From contig NC_043008.1 in assembly GCF_006345805.1 (NCBI RefSeq), positions 61,566,001 through 61,630,000 of the forward strand: DNA of 64,000 nucleotides, in the 5' to 3' direction. The position numbers were made by a program, and so were the translations under genes. The notes beneath the pieces are model-generated. The model saw nothing but the letters and a program-made list of their open reading frames with translations. It did no database searches and had not been told where the DNA came from. Origin of the DNA: Octopus sinensis (Eukaryota). Shown in pieces: positions 28,086 to 39,911 of the stretch (the stretch's first letter is position 1; each line of letters starts with the position of its first letter).

Positions 28086-28812
28086 GATAAAGAAGAAGAA
28101 GAAGAAGATGAAGAATAAGAAGAAGATGATGAAGAAGAAGAAGAAGAAGAAGAAGAAGAAGAAGAAGAAGAAGAAGAAGAAGAAGAAGAAGAAGAAGAAG
28201 AAGAAGAAGAAGAAGAAGAAGAAGAAGAAGAAGAAGAAGAAGAAGAAGAAGAAGAATCAAAATAATGAACCCTACTGAACCAATATAATCCCAGTGAAGA
28301 ATGATAACACCGAACCATATAACTTAATAAAATCGTACAGAAGTAACCGAAATAAAACTGACACTAATAATAATAAAAATAAAAGTAACTATAGAAACAA
28401 ATATACTAATCATGACAGCAACTTTACACTGTACTCGAACACCGAGGATACCTACTACACCAAAAATAATAATTGTAAAAAATAAACGAAATAACGATAA
28501 GATCTGGTAAATAATCCCCTTCGCGATGTAGCTTAAATCTAACATAGTTCACTCCATAATAAGACTTATTGATAAGCACTTGAAATTAAATAACAATTTC
28601 TCAGGAATCTTTAAGAATAAAATTTGAGTAGGCCATAGCCTAACTACCACCATAGCCTCGATCTAGCTGCCATCATAGCCTCGATCAACAATAATAAGCT
28701 AGTTTTGCTTCTACGAGACTAGGAAACATACCAACATAAAACGCAACTGCCAAAATTGCTTTTAGCACCAAATATACACTTCTATTTGTTGTTTTCCTTC
28801 CATTTTCTGATC
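26845..28812 (+). mobile_element. Penelope-like element remnant with direct and inverted terminal segments
   Basis: Direct repeats 27139-27190 / 28760-28812; inverted repeat 26894-26931 / 27272-27309 (36/38 identical); degenerate ORF pieces FIRASCNHPNFIKRGLVHSTSKRI*RLSS (about 27510-27595) and LKSNIVHSIIRLIDKH (about 28530-28580), resembling the PLE SNHP..RIxxLSS and NIG..LIDKHF motifs. Confidence 0.65.
27887..28256. repeat. (AAT)n followed by (GAA)n microsatellite
   Basis: Directly visible; lies inside the Penelope-like remnant. Confidence 0.95.
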
Positions 28813-28834
28813 TTCTCTCTCTCTCTCTGTATAT

Positions 28835-28903
<69 letters not shown>

Positions 28904-30628
28904 ATATAGTAAGTGCAGGTGGTATACGAGTGGGTATATATTTATTAAAAAGAAGTTTGAAAACGCTACTATATAAGATAAATTTTACTTTTCTTAGAAA
29001 TTTTACGAACCTTATCAAAAATATTTTTACAAGTTAAGTGTAAGAAAAAAGTTAATAATTGTTTCTTACTAGTCTCAACAGAGTCCACGCGGTGATTTTT
29101 TGTGTGGGAGAGCATAATAGCTGTCTTGTGTGTTGACTAGATTCGTTGGCTGTAGATTACCGCATCGTTTTGAGTTGTAATGTTATTCAACGAAACATAC
29201 ATGTTTAAGTTTGAGGACATGGCATAAATAGTGGAGAAATAAAGTAGTTCTGGCATTTCATTTCGACGTCCATTAGTTGTGTACTTATATTCAAATGAGG
29301 TCAGCTTTGCAGTTACTTCGTCTATGATAACTGAGAGATGATAAACATGAATGATATACTGAAACGTTTTAATTATATATCCATTATAAATATATTTAAT
29401 AGCTGTTATTACGAAAACTACACTAGCGTGTTCTGTACGTAGACAATTCATTTCTTTCCATGCTTAAATTCATGGATTCTGAGCATATATTTTTCGTCAG
29501 AACTTTTGTATTCAGCACGGAATCTCATGTTTACCTGAATTTTGTATCAATTCTTCGATACTTTGACATACTTATTTAATTCAACTGATAAGCTATAGTA
29601 GCACTCCCTAATTGCTATGAATGGTGTGCATACAAAGAATTTAAAGCTGATGTGGATCCAAAGATTTTAATTACAATATTATATGAGGACATAAAGATAT
29701 TTATGGTCTCCCACTAATTATTGGATAATTACTTGTGCTAATGCATCCATAGAATTATAATTCATAACAAGATAATTATTAGGATGAATGACTAATTAAT
29801 AGTGTGTATATGTGTTTGAAATAAGTCCTCATTAATATACGTCAATGCGTTGTTATCGTATAGCCCTAGGCAAACCTTAATCAAAATGACCGAAGATTAA
29901 GCATTATATGGCTTTGATAATCCTATCTTTTGTAAATACAGAATAAATGTTTGTGTTTACTACATTGTATTCTCCCTCTAAGAGATAAATATCAAGCTTC
30001 AGTCGATTCACTGTTGTAGTTAGTGGACTGGGAACCCATTTAAAGGATCTCTGATGTCAATGTCATGTCAAAGAATCTTCCTTTATATGCGCTTGTGAAA
30101 TGTTGCTGGCATCAGTTCTGGTAATAAATGATAGGTATGAGAAACATAACCGTAAATACTTAAATCAATGCCCAGAAAGTTGTTCCTTAAAACTTATTTT
30201 TCAATATATGTCATAGTAGTATAAGTGCTCATTTATAGTTACCTGTAATCGCCTTATATCTAATCTATTTGGGGAAATGTTAGTCATGAAATCTGTGTCA
30301 CACTCGAGTTAAAACAATAGACGAAAGGATAATTGTAAGTGTGAATATCAACAAAATAAATGTGACCATAGCAGCACTGCTTTGCTCTCCAGAGCAGCTG
30401 TCCCTTTCAGGAATGATCATGGCATATTATAAGTGCAACATGGCTATAAATGTTATCGTGGGGACATTAGATCTGCGGCGAAAGATGGCTAACTAAACCG
30501 TAAAAGGATAACAATAATGTATTATGGAAATTATTATGCCGCATACACAAATACACGCGTGCACGCACACACATATGAGTGAGTGGAGAAACGAAAGAAG
30601 GGCAGTCAACCAATTTATTAGGAGTTAC

Positions 30629-31031
30629 ATATATGAATCAAGACAATTCGATGAAAATTCGTTGGTACTCTTGAGTTTCAAGCATGATGCCAGTCTTTGG
30701 CCATTTTGAATTTGAATGACAGAAGTCATTGGTCGAGGAAGGTTATATACATCGTCCACCTCCCAACAGCGTGACCGATTTCTAATCGCCACGTGCTCTA
30801 TTTCCTATCCTCCACATTTTTTTGTTTGCAATGCGGTATTTTCCTACTAACAATTAACCATATACAAACATCAAATCACGTCACCACGTGACCTTCCTGG
30901 ATCAATCGCAGCCCACCTTGCGGTAATAACAATCTGCTTCTCATTCAAATTCAAAATAGCTTACAACTAGCATCACGCTTGAAAAACAAGAGTACCAATG
31001 AATTTCAATAAAATTGTTTTGATCCATATAT
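30629..31031. mobile_element. MITE-like element with about 90-bp terminal inverted repeats
   Basis: 30629-30719 matches the reverse complement of 30941-31031 at about 80%; both ends are in TATA; no ORF. Confidence 0.7.
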
Positions 31032-31125
31032 AGGTAGAGATATTGTTATTACCTCAAGGTGGGCTGCAATTGATCGAGGAAGGCGAGGTGGTGATTTGAT
31101 TTGATGTTTTCAGGTGTCAACTTAT

Positions 31126-31413
31126 AGGAAGGGCTGCTAAGCCTAAAAGAGGTTATCATAGCGAACGCGTAAATCAAGCTTGGACAGGAGACGGACAAGA
31201 ACACGCCCTCATTGTTCCACCTACAACGGGCACACACACACACACAAATATGTGTGTGTGTGTGTGTGTGTATGTGTGTGTGTGTCTGTGTGTGTGTCTG
31301 TATGTGTGTCCATTGTAGGAGGAACAAAGAGGATGTGTTCTTCTGTGTCTCCTGTCCAAGCGTGATTTACGCGTTCGCCATCATAACCTCGTTTAGGTTT
31401 AGCTGCCCTTCCT
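31126..31413. repeat. Long fold-back: 110-bp ungapped inverted arms around a CA/TG microsatellite
   Basis: 31126-31235 vs the reverse complement of 31304-31413: 15 mismatches in 110, no indels (manual count). Confidence 0.9.
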
Positions 31414-32737
31414 GTTTGTTTTCACTGTCCTGTTTGTGTTACCAATTTTAACCCTCCGCCAAATCCCAAATTTATTTAATTTGCTTTGATGGAGCAACTG
31501 TTTTATCGAAAGTGTATAGTGTCTTTCGGTGTTCGAAGAAGTAGTTCATATTCTCTGTACACATGCTTCGTATTTCTTGGTATAACATTTCGTGACGTCC
31601 TGCGCCATCGTATGCATATATATTATTACGTATAGATGTAAGTATGTACATATACGTATGTATCTATGGATATATATATATATATGTTATTTATATTATT
31701 ATACAATTAAAACGCCACGCATCCTCTTCCAAGTAAGTTTTATCTTAATTATTCTGATACCCACTGTATGCGATCTCTTTACTCTTTTGCAAAAAAAAAC
31801 CCTTATTATTATAATTATATAAATTTTTTCCGAATATGGTCCTTTTCCATACCGAAATACTACTAGGTGAAATTTGCTGATTTTATTAAATTAATTATAT
31901 TTCACCCCATATCCGTAATGACTGTTTTACTCCCCTAAGACAAAACTACGAATCTTTTTTCGGCAGTACTATTTTTGTGACTCACATGGATTCAAGTGAA
32001 TTCTGGAGGGAAATACGAATTCGCTTGTCTATATAAATGTGGATATGCTGGTTGACTTTTGTATCTTTCGATGTCGCTTGGTCGAAAATATAAAAGGCAG
32101 GTTTTCCTAGCATTTCTAGATTTATGGGAAATATAATGTTGATTGGGGAATGAACCTTACGATTCTAATCCAGAAACGTACGGCCATAATTAATCCGAGG
32201 ACTGTGTGATTTCGCTGTTTTTGTTCTTTATTTAGCCATATGTGAGTTACAAATATTGTTGTCTGTGGAGACTTATTTTTGTAGTAAAAGAAATAGTAGT
32301 AAGGTCGTAAGCGGTCTCATTTTAGCCATCAGATCAGTAAATAGATTATTCTAACGAAACTTTCCAAGACATTAATCTGTTTATACATGTCACACACTAG
32401 ACGATGTATCCCTGATGATTCATGTGTGTGGGGGTCTCAAGACACCGGTTTGTATTGGGAAGTTACAATGCTTATTGAGGTCGTTTCTTCCACGATTGCC
32501 TCATATATAACATACACATGAACAGATACTTGTACATAAATATTCTCACCCAAGGAAACATACATATATAAAAATAAGCGCAAATCTGAAAGCACACATA
32601 GACACACACAAACACAATCACAAGCACACACAACTATATGCAGATAAGTACATATAAATACATATATATACACGTAGAAAGACACATACAAACATACACA
32701 TATCTGTATATATATATATATATTATATATATATATG

Positions 32738-32821
<84 letters not shown>

Positions 32822-32823
<2 letters not shown>

Positions 32824-33665
32824 CTTGCTGACGTACCCGGCGATTTCCGAGAAAGCGGGGGCTTATCCCTTAGTTCCGTTCTCATAATTGTTTCGCTAAT
32901 CCAATAACAACAATACAAAGTATGTAACCCTGAAACGGTTTTTGTGCTTTTACAGAGAATACCAAACTGTCTTACACAGGATCTTGTTTTTAGGTATTCC
33001 CCATAAGTTATGAATACCCAAATTGTGAAGTCAGATATAATAACATGAAATGAGTTACCCGATAGTAAGGATTCAAATAAGGTAGCCCGAAAACGGTTTA
33101 ATGCGTTCCCAGAGTATATAGAACATAGGAGAAGTGGAGGCGCAATGGCCCAGTGGTTAGAACAGCGGACTCGCGGTCGTAGGATCGCGGTTTCGATTCC
33201 CAGACCGGGCGTTGTGAGTGTTTATTGAGCGAAAACACCTAAAGCTCCACGAGGCTCCGGCAGGGGGTGGTGGTGACCCCTGCTGTACTCTTTCACCACA
33301 ACTTTCTCTCACTCTTACTTCCTGTTTCTGTTGTACCTGTATTTCAAAAGGGCCGGCCTTGTCACTCTCTGTGTCACGCTGAATATCCCCGAGAACTACG
33401 TTAAGGGTACACGTGTCTGTGGAATGCTCAGCCACTTACACGTTAATTTCACGAGCAGGCTGTTCCGTTGATCGGATCAACCGGAACCCTCGTCGTCGTA
33501 ACCGACGGAGTGTTTCCCCAGAACATAGGAGGAAATACTAATAAGTTACGTATACTAAAATCGGTAAGCATGTTACGTAATAACATATTAATCAGATATA
33601 ATATAATAACAATTCAAAGTGAATAACTCTGAAAAGGGCTTTTGTTCATTTCTAGAACATATTCA
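32822..33665 (+). mobile_element. Possible non-autonomous Helitron-like element with internal subrepeats, interrupted by a SINE
   Basis: Starts TACTTGCTGACGTACCCGGCG next to a TA array; degenerate subrepeats TAACCCTGAAACGGTTT / TAGCCCGAAAACGGTTT / TAACTCTGAAAAGGGCTT at about 32925, 33083 and 33624. Confidence 0.35.
33134..33519 (+). mobile_element. tRNA-derived SINE family C, full length (about 385 bp) with 12-bp TSD
   Basis: A box TGGCCCAGTGG, B box GGTTTCGATTCC; TSD AGAACATAGGAG at 33120-33131 and 33520-33531; near-identical to 59641-60030. Confidence 0.92.
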
Positions 33666-34125
33666 TTCAGGGATGATAGTGCTGGCATATTCGTGGATAA
33701 ATCACTAACCGAAATAAGTGGATATATTGTTTAGGAAAATACTATTTACTTGTTTAAGTGTTGTACTAGATAAATTGCGAAAATTTTTCTATAATGTCTA
33801 ATACTAAGAAATGAGCATACTCAATATTGTTTTACAACATAAGTTAGGAAAATGAATGGGTTTCCAGGGGAGACTGTGTTATTTTCCTTGGTTTTAAATA
33901 TAAGATATATCACTTCAAGGGGCTTTATTATTTTTTCAACAATTTGAGTATGACATGAGGCTTCCAGACATGAGTTCCACTCACCTGTCAAGTTTCATCA
34001 AACTCGAGAAAATGATGTAGGAACAATTAGCTAGACACAGACAGACTTTCCCACATATGTAATACATATACGCGTTCACATATACCACCATACACACACA
34101 TATACGTACATACATATATATATAC

Positions 34126-34492
34126 AGCTTGCTTACCAACCACATGGTTCCGGGTTCAGACCCACTGCATGGCACCTTGGGCAAGTGTCTTCTACTATAG
34201 CCTCGGGCCGACCAAAGCCTTGTGAGTGGATTTGTTAGACGGAAACTGGAAGAAGCCCGTCGTATATGTATATATATGTATATGTATGTGTGTGTATGTG
34301 TTTGTCCCCCAACATCGCTTGACAACCGATGCTGGTGTGTTTACGTCCCCGTAACTTAGCGGTTCGGCAAAAAGAGACCGATATAATAAGTACTAGGCTC
34401 ACAAAGAAAAAGTCCTGGGGTAGATTTTCTCGACTAAAGGCGGTGCTCCAGCATGGCCACAGTCAAATGACTGAAACAAGTAAAAAGTAAAA
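34126..34492 (+). mobile_element. SINE family B, slightly 5'-truncated
   Basis: GGGTTCAGACCC B-box-like motif, CORE-like CCTTGGGCAAGT, internal TA/TG tract, tail GGCGGTGCTCCAGCATGGCCACAGTC..GAAACAAGTAAAAAG. Confidence 0.9.
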
Positions 34493-34874
34493 TATATATA
34501 TATACATATATGCATATACACATACAAATCCGTCCATTTCTTCCCTTCAGTTTTACTTACCAGAACTTCTATTGGATGTTCACCTGCGTGTGTGTCTTGT
34601 ATGTGGTTATATGCATACGTGTTTATGTTAGCGTTTTCAGTTACACAGGATTATAGATGTCATTGTGTCCTGACCCCTAACTCACCTTCTACTGCCTATG
34701 AGAAATACACACCCAAAATATACTCTATTATTCTATTTAGGAACTACTATTGTCTAAAATGAATTCACATCTTGAAATAGTACATGATTTCTTATGAGTT
34801 TTTTTCCATCTTTTTGCGATATTTATCTTATTTACTTCCTTTTATTCTGATCTATCACAAAGTGTACTCGATGT

Positions 34875-35053
34875 TGTATGTATGTATGTATGTATGTATG
34901 TTTGTATGTATGTATGTATGTTTGTATGTAAGTATGCATGTATGTATGTATGTATGTATGTATGTATGTATGTATGTATGTATGTATGTATGTGTGTCCG
35001 TGTCGTGTTTCTGACGGTCTGTGTATGTATGTGTGATAATATATATATATATA

Positions 35054-35146
<93 letters not shown>
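34875..35146. repeat. (TATG)n and (TA)n microsatellites
   Basis: Directly visible. Confidence 0.95.
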
Positions 35147-35149
<3 letters not shown>

Positions 35150-35433
35150 GTATTTGTGTGTGTTTGTGTGTATATATATGTACGTATTTGTGTGCGCATG
35201 TGCAAATCATTCTCTGTGTGAATGTGGGGGTTTTGAACACTCTCTCTGACACATAAACAGAAATCAGATCTGTATTAAAATAACTCTTAGACCAAAAACG
35301 AGCATTTTTAAAATTGCAAGAAACTGATTCTCTTATCTAAGACATTAAAAAAAAAAAAGAAATGCATCTATGACTTGAAATAGAGTCGCGATACAATTCG
35401 ACAACATATAATTATTGAAGTGGAAAATAATTT

Positions 35434-35683
35434 AGGTGCAATCGTAGCTGCTTGGTACGAAGCTTTCTTACCAATCACATGGTTCCGGCTTCAGTCACAC
35501 TGTGTGGAACCTGAGTCAATTGTTTTCTAGTATAGTCTCGGGCCGACGGAAAGCATGTGAGTGGATTATAAACATTCAGTTTATATATATATACATATAT
35601 ATGTGCGTATTTTCCTTTTTTAATTTCTTGTATACATTACAACTTACCACGTGCGGATAATCGAAATTCCTCTTTTCTGTTAC

Positions 35684-35774
<91 letters not shown>

Positions 35775-36050
35775 GCACACACACACATACACACACATCT
35801 ATGTATATGATTATATCTATACATAGATATATAAATCTATAAGTTTGTGTCTGGGTTTGTCCCCATTCATAGCTGTTGTTTCGCATCGACCGGTGTATGT
35901 GTGTAACCTTGCGGTTCGGGAGAAGAGACCGATAGAACAAGTACTAGGCTTGTGAATAAGTACTAGTCCTTGTGTCCATTTGTTCGTCTACAGCCTTCGA
36001 AGGCTGTACTCTAGCATGGCCGCATTCAAATGACTGAAACAAGAAAGAGA
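35434..36050 (+). mobile_element. Diverged SINE family B split by an expanded internal microsatellite or insert
   Basis: 5' half at 35434-35570 and 3' half at about 35850-36050 both align to family B. Confidence 0.7.
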
Positions 36051-36303
36051 TTAAAACGCCCTTTGTAAGCTGTGCATACGCACACACTCGTGCACACATG
36101 TACACACGCGCACACACAAACATATATGAATGTGGCATAATAATAATAATAATAATATTAATATATATATATATGCAATTCGTAAAAGTTTGCCATTTAT
36201 CCGGATGTAATATATGTAAACTCACCCATGTGCTTCGTTGATGTTGATCAGTTAGCTGATCGGCTTAAGCGGGGCAGGGTCGTTGTTTATTTATAATACA
36301 TTC

Positions 36304-36351
36304 AGGCCTGCTGATGAATACGTAAGTATGAAATCACTGTGATACAGGTCT
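36304..36351 (+). ncRNA. Type I hammerhead ribozyme, copy 1
   Basis: AGGCCUG-CUGAUGA-AUAC(GUAA)GUAU-GAAA-UCA(CUG)UGA-UA-CAGGUCU: 7-bp stem I (one G-U), full catalytic core, 4-bp stem II with GNRA loop, near-palindromic stem III; predicted AUA cleavage after 36344. Confidence 0.85.
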
Positions 36352-36784
36352 ATATTTTTTTAAATGTCTTACTTTGAAAAATTGCATTCGGTGGGATTAG
36401 TAATATTTTTGGTAGAAATGACTAATTGTCCCTCTTAGCGTGTGGCATTTATGTATAATGCCTTCTGGCATGTATGTATAATGCCCTCTATATATAAATT
36501 AATATGTTCAATAAGAAATAATTATTTTCGAAATTTTTTCTCTGATGAGGTTTTCACGCTATCTACCTGACAATTTCTTGTTAAGTTTTCCTTATTAAGT
36601 AGTTGTCCTTAATTGCTAAATTTTTATTCCGAAAAAACTTTTCCTCTCCCGAAATGCAATTCGTAAAAATTTGCCATTTATCCGGATGTAATATATGTAA
36701 ACTCACCCATGTGCTTCGTTGATGTTGATCAGTTAGCTGATCGGCTTAAGCGGGGCAGGGTCGTTGTTTATTTATAATACATTC

Positions 36785-36832
36785 AGGCCTGCTGATGAAT
36801 ACGTAAGTATGAAATCACTGTGATACAGGTCT
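36785..36832 (+). ncRNA. Type I hammerhead ribozyme, copy 2
   Basis: Identical to copy 1; predicted cleavage after 36825. Confidence 0.85.
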
Positions 36833-37026
36833 ATATTTTTTTAAATGTCTTACTTTGAAAAATTGCATTCGGTGGGATTAGTAATATTTTTGGTAGAAAT
36901 GACTAATTGTCCCTCTTAGCGTGTGGCATTTATGTATAATGCCTTCTGGCATGTATGCATAATGCCGTCTATATATAAATATATATATATATAGTAAATT
37001 AGCCATGAAGGTCATTCTCTCTCGCT

Positions 37027-37218
37027 TCAATTCTACAAACGTCTGTGACGTATAAAGGCCCGATAGTGCGTTCAACAAAATTCGTATCTTCTCTACATTC
37101 TCAGGCCAAATATCTGTATTTGCTCCCATGTTTATCCAAATATCTTGAGTTAACTGATGACATATTTCCAGATCCCTCTCCGTATTCCACACTTGGTCCC
37201 TTATTGTTAACTTCATAT
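37027..37218. repeat. Dispersed repeat; second copy at 40595-40798
   Basis: The 150-bp core has about 7 mismatches to 40648-40798; this copy is bounded by TA arrays. Confidence 0.85.
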
Positions 37219-37773
37219 ATATATATAATATATATATATATATATGATATATGTTTATATGCATAGATTATTTAGAACAGCAATGTTTGATATTAGAGTG
37301 AATTAGGCAGTACATACATTTGCGCGTGTTTGAACCGCTTACCTTTTCGGTTTGGCCGTGTCAGTGCTGGCATTCTTTTTTACGAAATATATATTTCGTT
37401 TTTCAATCAGTTATCTTTTTGATTTTGCGAAAGGCTTTGAATAATGGGCAGTTGTATTAGCATAATGGACTGTATTTTACATATTATACATTATCTATAA
37501 ATCTAATAACTTATACATTATATTCTCCCTGGTAAATCGTGACACCTCCGCTAGTTCTCGCACTGGGGTTCTACATATCACTGGCGGAGATAGATCGCTG
37601 TTGCTTTTAGCGGCCGGGAGTCCATTATTGACAAAGCCATGGGAGGCAGAATTCACAAGATCTGGTCGTTTCGCTGCTGGGGGTAGCAGGAATTTATAAA
37701 TGTGTATGAACTACAGCTTTGCATAGGTTTTGGCGAAACAATATATAGTGATGTATAATCCTGAATAAGTATT

Positions 37774-38005
37774 GGTTTCAAATTTTAGCCCAAAGCCAGC
37801 AAATCCGGTTGAGAGTGGATAAGTCAATTATATCGACCCCACTGTTCAACTGGTACTCATTTTATTGAGCCTGAAAACAGACCACGGTCGAATTGGATGA
37901 ATGATAAAGTCGACCTCATCTAAATTTGAACTCAGAATGTGAGGACGGATAAACAGTCGACTAAGCATTCCCCGGCGTGTTATCGATTCCGCCATATCGC
38001 CGCCT
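37774..38005 (-). mobile_element. SINE family A, older subfamily with degenerate TSD
   Basis: Family A body; flanks ATAATCCTGAATAAGTATT (37755-37773) and ATAACACTGAATAAATATT (38007-38025). Confidence 0.8.
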
Positions 38006-39911
38006 CATAACACTGAATAAATATTAGTACTTATCAAGTGGTCACTCTTATATCATTGTATGACTTGTTTAAGGAACTTTCTTATGATGCTGGTAGTTGA
38101 TTAGTTTCAATAATTTTGCCAGAAAACTTAAATGATCTAGTCGTGCGTATGCCAGTCCTCTTTTTTCCCATAAGACTGCTAAGTAAATTCACGAGATACT
38201 ATGGTCATTAAAGCTACATTTCCGATTTGTCGTTCAGGGATATTTATCTATGACAAAGCAATTATAAAATTCTGTGAGAGATATTGTAGTGTAAATATGA
38301 TTAAATTAATGCTAATCTCTGTAGAAAATTCTGATAATATAATTTTACCTTATTATATTCTGCACCCTCTGGGAAATCTGTCTTTGTTTAGGGTACGCAC
38401 TGTTACTTCTTGTCAAATGGAGAATGCGTAACAGTCATTATTAAAACAATATGAATGCACACATGTCGTAGCTCAAGAAATGTGTCTTGTATTAATGATT
38501 GTACACCAACCAACCTACTTACCAATTAAGCAGCTTTCTCTCTTCTCCAAACCATTATAAATGTTTCTCTTTCAATCTAACACACTATTCCATCTATATC
38601 ACCGTTTCAAATTTGCTGTTCTTTAGATCACGTAGATTTAATGTTAACCATCTCTCCATTAATTTCCGTTTTACTACGTGTCTTTGTATTTTGACTTTAC
38701 TGGTACGTTTCTTTCTCGAAAATATATTTCTTCACCTTATTGATTCATCTATACATCTTTTCTGTTTTTCCCTCCTTTTACTCTCTCTCTCTCTCTCTCT
38801 CTCTACCACGATGCTTCTCACAGGTTCCTTTCTTCAATTATCATATATATCAACCTTGTAATATAACTATCAATGGTTTTCTCACTTTATGTGTTTCTTA
38901 CCCACCCATCGACATCAAACAAACACGCTCAAATTTTTAAATGCCTACTTATATATATCATTTTTGTGTACATACGGTTTATTATATCTTCCTTTAGATT
39001 GTCTATTCATCTCCAACAGACTAGTAATCACTTTTCATAGTCTTCTCTTATATTTAACTAATTTATTTTTATATCAAAGAAACCAGCGAGTAATTAAAAT
39101 GTGCACATACTGATTATGCCCCACCCCAATACCAATGATTTTTTAGCTAAGAGTAAAGCATTTTAAGAAATAGTTGAGAGGGGAAAATAATAAATAATCG
39201 GAATCTGGGATCAAAATGTTAAACTGAACTGTAAAATCTGTTCGGGTATCAAGTATAATTAAATGCACGAATATATTAGGGAGAAAGAGAATCAAGAAAA
39301 TAGAAATTTGTTAAACAACATGCGCTTCTTAATAAATCAAATATACATAATAAATTATGTAACAGTTTATTTAGATATATACATGTAACGGTGTGTTTGT
39401 GTGTGTGTGAATACATTTTTGTGTGTGTGAATACATTTGTGTGTGTGCGTGTGTGTACGCACAAGTGTGAGTATGCGCCATCATATACATCTAATTTACG
39501 TGTGAAACGGCGGTACACGCATAGTGATCTTCACGTATACATAATCATATAATAATATTTATCTATATATCTATCTACATCTCTATCTCCACACACACAC
39601 ATACACGTGTGTGTATGCGTGTGTATTTCTGCATGCGATCTACTTTACAAATATTGATACATGCGTGTATGTATACATGCATGTATATATACATATACAT
39701 ACCTATATGAATGTAATTGTGTTTAAATTTACATATATATATACATATATATGTATGGGTTTATGTGATTTTTAATCTATTTTTGCGTTTATGTGTTTGC
39801 AATTATACATATATATGTATGTATGTGTATAAGTATATATATATATATTAGACGTGCATATATTTACACGTATGCTTATACTTCATATTTTAAAAGTATT
39901 GCATATATATA

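Larger units (their letters stand above)
36173..36980 (+). mobile_element. ORF-less partial tandem repeat (481-bp period, 1.7 units) carrying hammerhead ribozymes; retrozyme/Penelope-pLTR-like
   Basis: 327-bp arms 36173-36499 and 36654-36980 differ at about 3 positions; 154-bp spacer; TA arrays on both sides. Confidence 0.8.

Noticed and set aside
32408-32462. Hammerhead candidate CTGATGA..GACACCGGT
   Set aside because: No GAAA, and stems I and II do not pair convincingly.
33134-33210. tRNA gene (also 59641-59717)
   Set aside because: The A/B boxes belong to a SINE head that continues into a 385-bp repeat with TSDs.
36540-36580. Third hammerhead in the spacer (CTGATGAGG..CCTGACA)
   Set aside because: GACA instead of GAAA and no convincing stem III or stem I.
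38499-38900. 120-aa ORF or possible Penelope relic (IFLHLIDS)
   Set aside because: Only one short motif in pyrimidine-rich sequence, which is insufficient support.
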